This document shows, one piece after another, positions 62,947 to 64,000 of a stretch of DNA of 64,000 nucleotides. How positions within the stretch are numbered: position 1 is the first letter of the stretch; each line of letters opens with the position of its first letter. Both the position numbers and the translations under genes were made by a program. The notes below the pieces were generated by a model, which was given only the letters and a program-made list of their open reading frames with translations, was not told the DNA's origin and made no database searches. Source of the stretch: Dimorphilus gyrociliatus (lineage: Eukaryota; Animalia; Annelida); NCBI GenBank assembly GCA_904063045.1, contig CAJFCJ010000010.1:1364001-1428000 (forward strand), given 5' to 3'.

Positions 62947-64000
62947 CTAGGGAGCATCAGCATCGTTTTCAGTAAACTCATTTATTGCTTGAGTAAGCAT
63001 GCTACTGTCGTCATCGTCTGACATTTCTTCTCTCATTTGTGCCATTCGTAACCTTTATTTAGTAGAAATTGTTTTAATGAATTCAATAGAATTGAAAATT
63101 AGACTCAGCTTGTAAAACTTACAATGCTACAATATCGGCGCTTTCGTTCTGAAGGGCAATTTGCAATGGGTCTTTGCCGTCCTCATCAACTGAGCGAAAA
63201 TTTGCTTTCCTTTTAATTAACTGACTAGCATTTCTATTGTGAAGAAGTAGCATAATAAATATGATTTTCTATAACTACAGAGATAATCATATAAATACCC
63301 TTTTCTATTGTTCAAAACAGCATGGTGTAAAGCCGTTCGACCTCTAGAATCTTTGAGATCAATATTTGCGTTATTTAATAGTAAGAGTTCTGTTGCCACT
63401 TGCGACCCCTGTAAGTTTTTTAACAAGTTACTTCTGTTTCGATAAAAATAACTCAGTTGTACGAACCACTTCAACAGCAGCCATTAAAGAGGTTTTTCCT
63501 TCTCTCTCTTCGTACTTAAAATTAATTTCAGCTCCCATGGCTAAAGCCTCTAAAATGACTTTTGGTTGTCTTGCTTCGGCTGCTCTATATAGCAATACAT
63601 TCGGATTAAATGCATCAATATCTTCTATCTCTACAGATTGATCGTCCAATTCAGTTTCACTAGAGTTGTCATCGCCAAATGCATCATTGTCAGGTGGTGT
63701 TGGAGCTAAATCAGCACCAATTACTAACAAACTGCTCTCAGAAGATGTAGAAATGTCATCTAAACGAGAGGCTTTACGTTTTTTAACTATCCAGCGTCGT
63801 TTACCAGATCGAAGAACTTCGTCGGAATTCTGTAGCTTCTTTACGTAACTTTTTGAGACATATTTTGATTTTATCCATGTTTCTCTTTCAATCCTTTTTA
63901 TTTCAAATAATAAAAAATGCTACAAATAAGCAACAATTCATTGTAAATGATTACTTACGAATTAGACTCTGGAACTGCCTTAATTACATTTTCATCAACT
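62947..64000 (-). CDS. ACAP: 3' part of ArfGAP with coiled-coil, ankyrin and PH domains (centaurin-beta); runs off the window end
   Basis: LLYRAAEAR...LEALAMGAEINF...GKTSLMAAV|GSQVATELLLLNNANIDLKDSRGRTALHHA|...DEDGKDPLQIA...ADIVAL|LRMAQMREEM...* matches the ACAP C-terminal ankyrin region. Confidence 0.87.

Noticed and set aside
2854-63848. Numerous short antisense or overlapping track ORFs (for example 2854, 3780, 4322, 10395, 19253, 20622, 29185, 58590, 60051, 63366)
   Set aside because: They are shadow ORFs opposite or within real exons and have no independent coding signal.

Overview
AT-rich (roughly 28-30% GC by eye), gene-dense animal genomic DNA with very short (about 55-70 nt) GT-AG introns. 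This fits a miniaturised invertebrate genome such as the annelid Dimorphilus; the species is inference only. Manual splicing supports about 15 multi-exon protein genes: JIP1/MAPK8IP, an Rv2258c-like SAM methyltransferase with a His-rich insert, an alpha-arrestin, STK16, an orphan 2-exon gene, TMEM38/TRIC, a 632-aa minimal APC, an SLC22 transporter, a signal-peptide/F5-8C/TSP1/TM protein largely missed by the ORF track, an ankyrin-repeat protein, two tandem ZYG11/ZER1-like paralogs, RPL7A, PNPLA8, a centrin-like protein and the 3' end of an ACAP ArfGAP. Non-coding highlights are: (1) a cluster of 13 intact tRNA-Asn(GTT) genes plus one relic, containing the only recognisable transposon remnants in the window (a mariner and a BEL/Pao gag-protease); (2) a SNORD36/snR47-type C/D snoRNA in the last RPL7A intron; (3) a strongly recurrent TATAC[A/T]GTATA motif identical to a Tc1-type excision footprint; (4) recurrent AGATGGCG (CTCF/YY1-like) sites; and (5) a ~10-kb ORF-free interval. 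All counts and coordinates were derived by eye.
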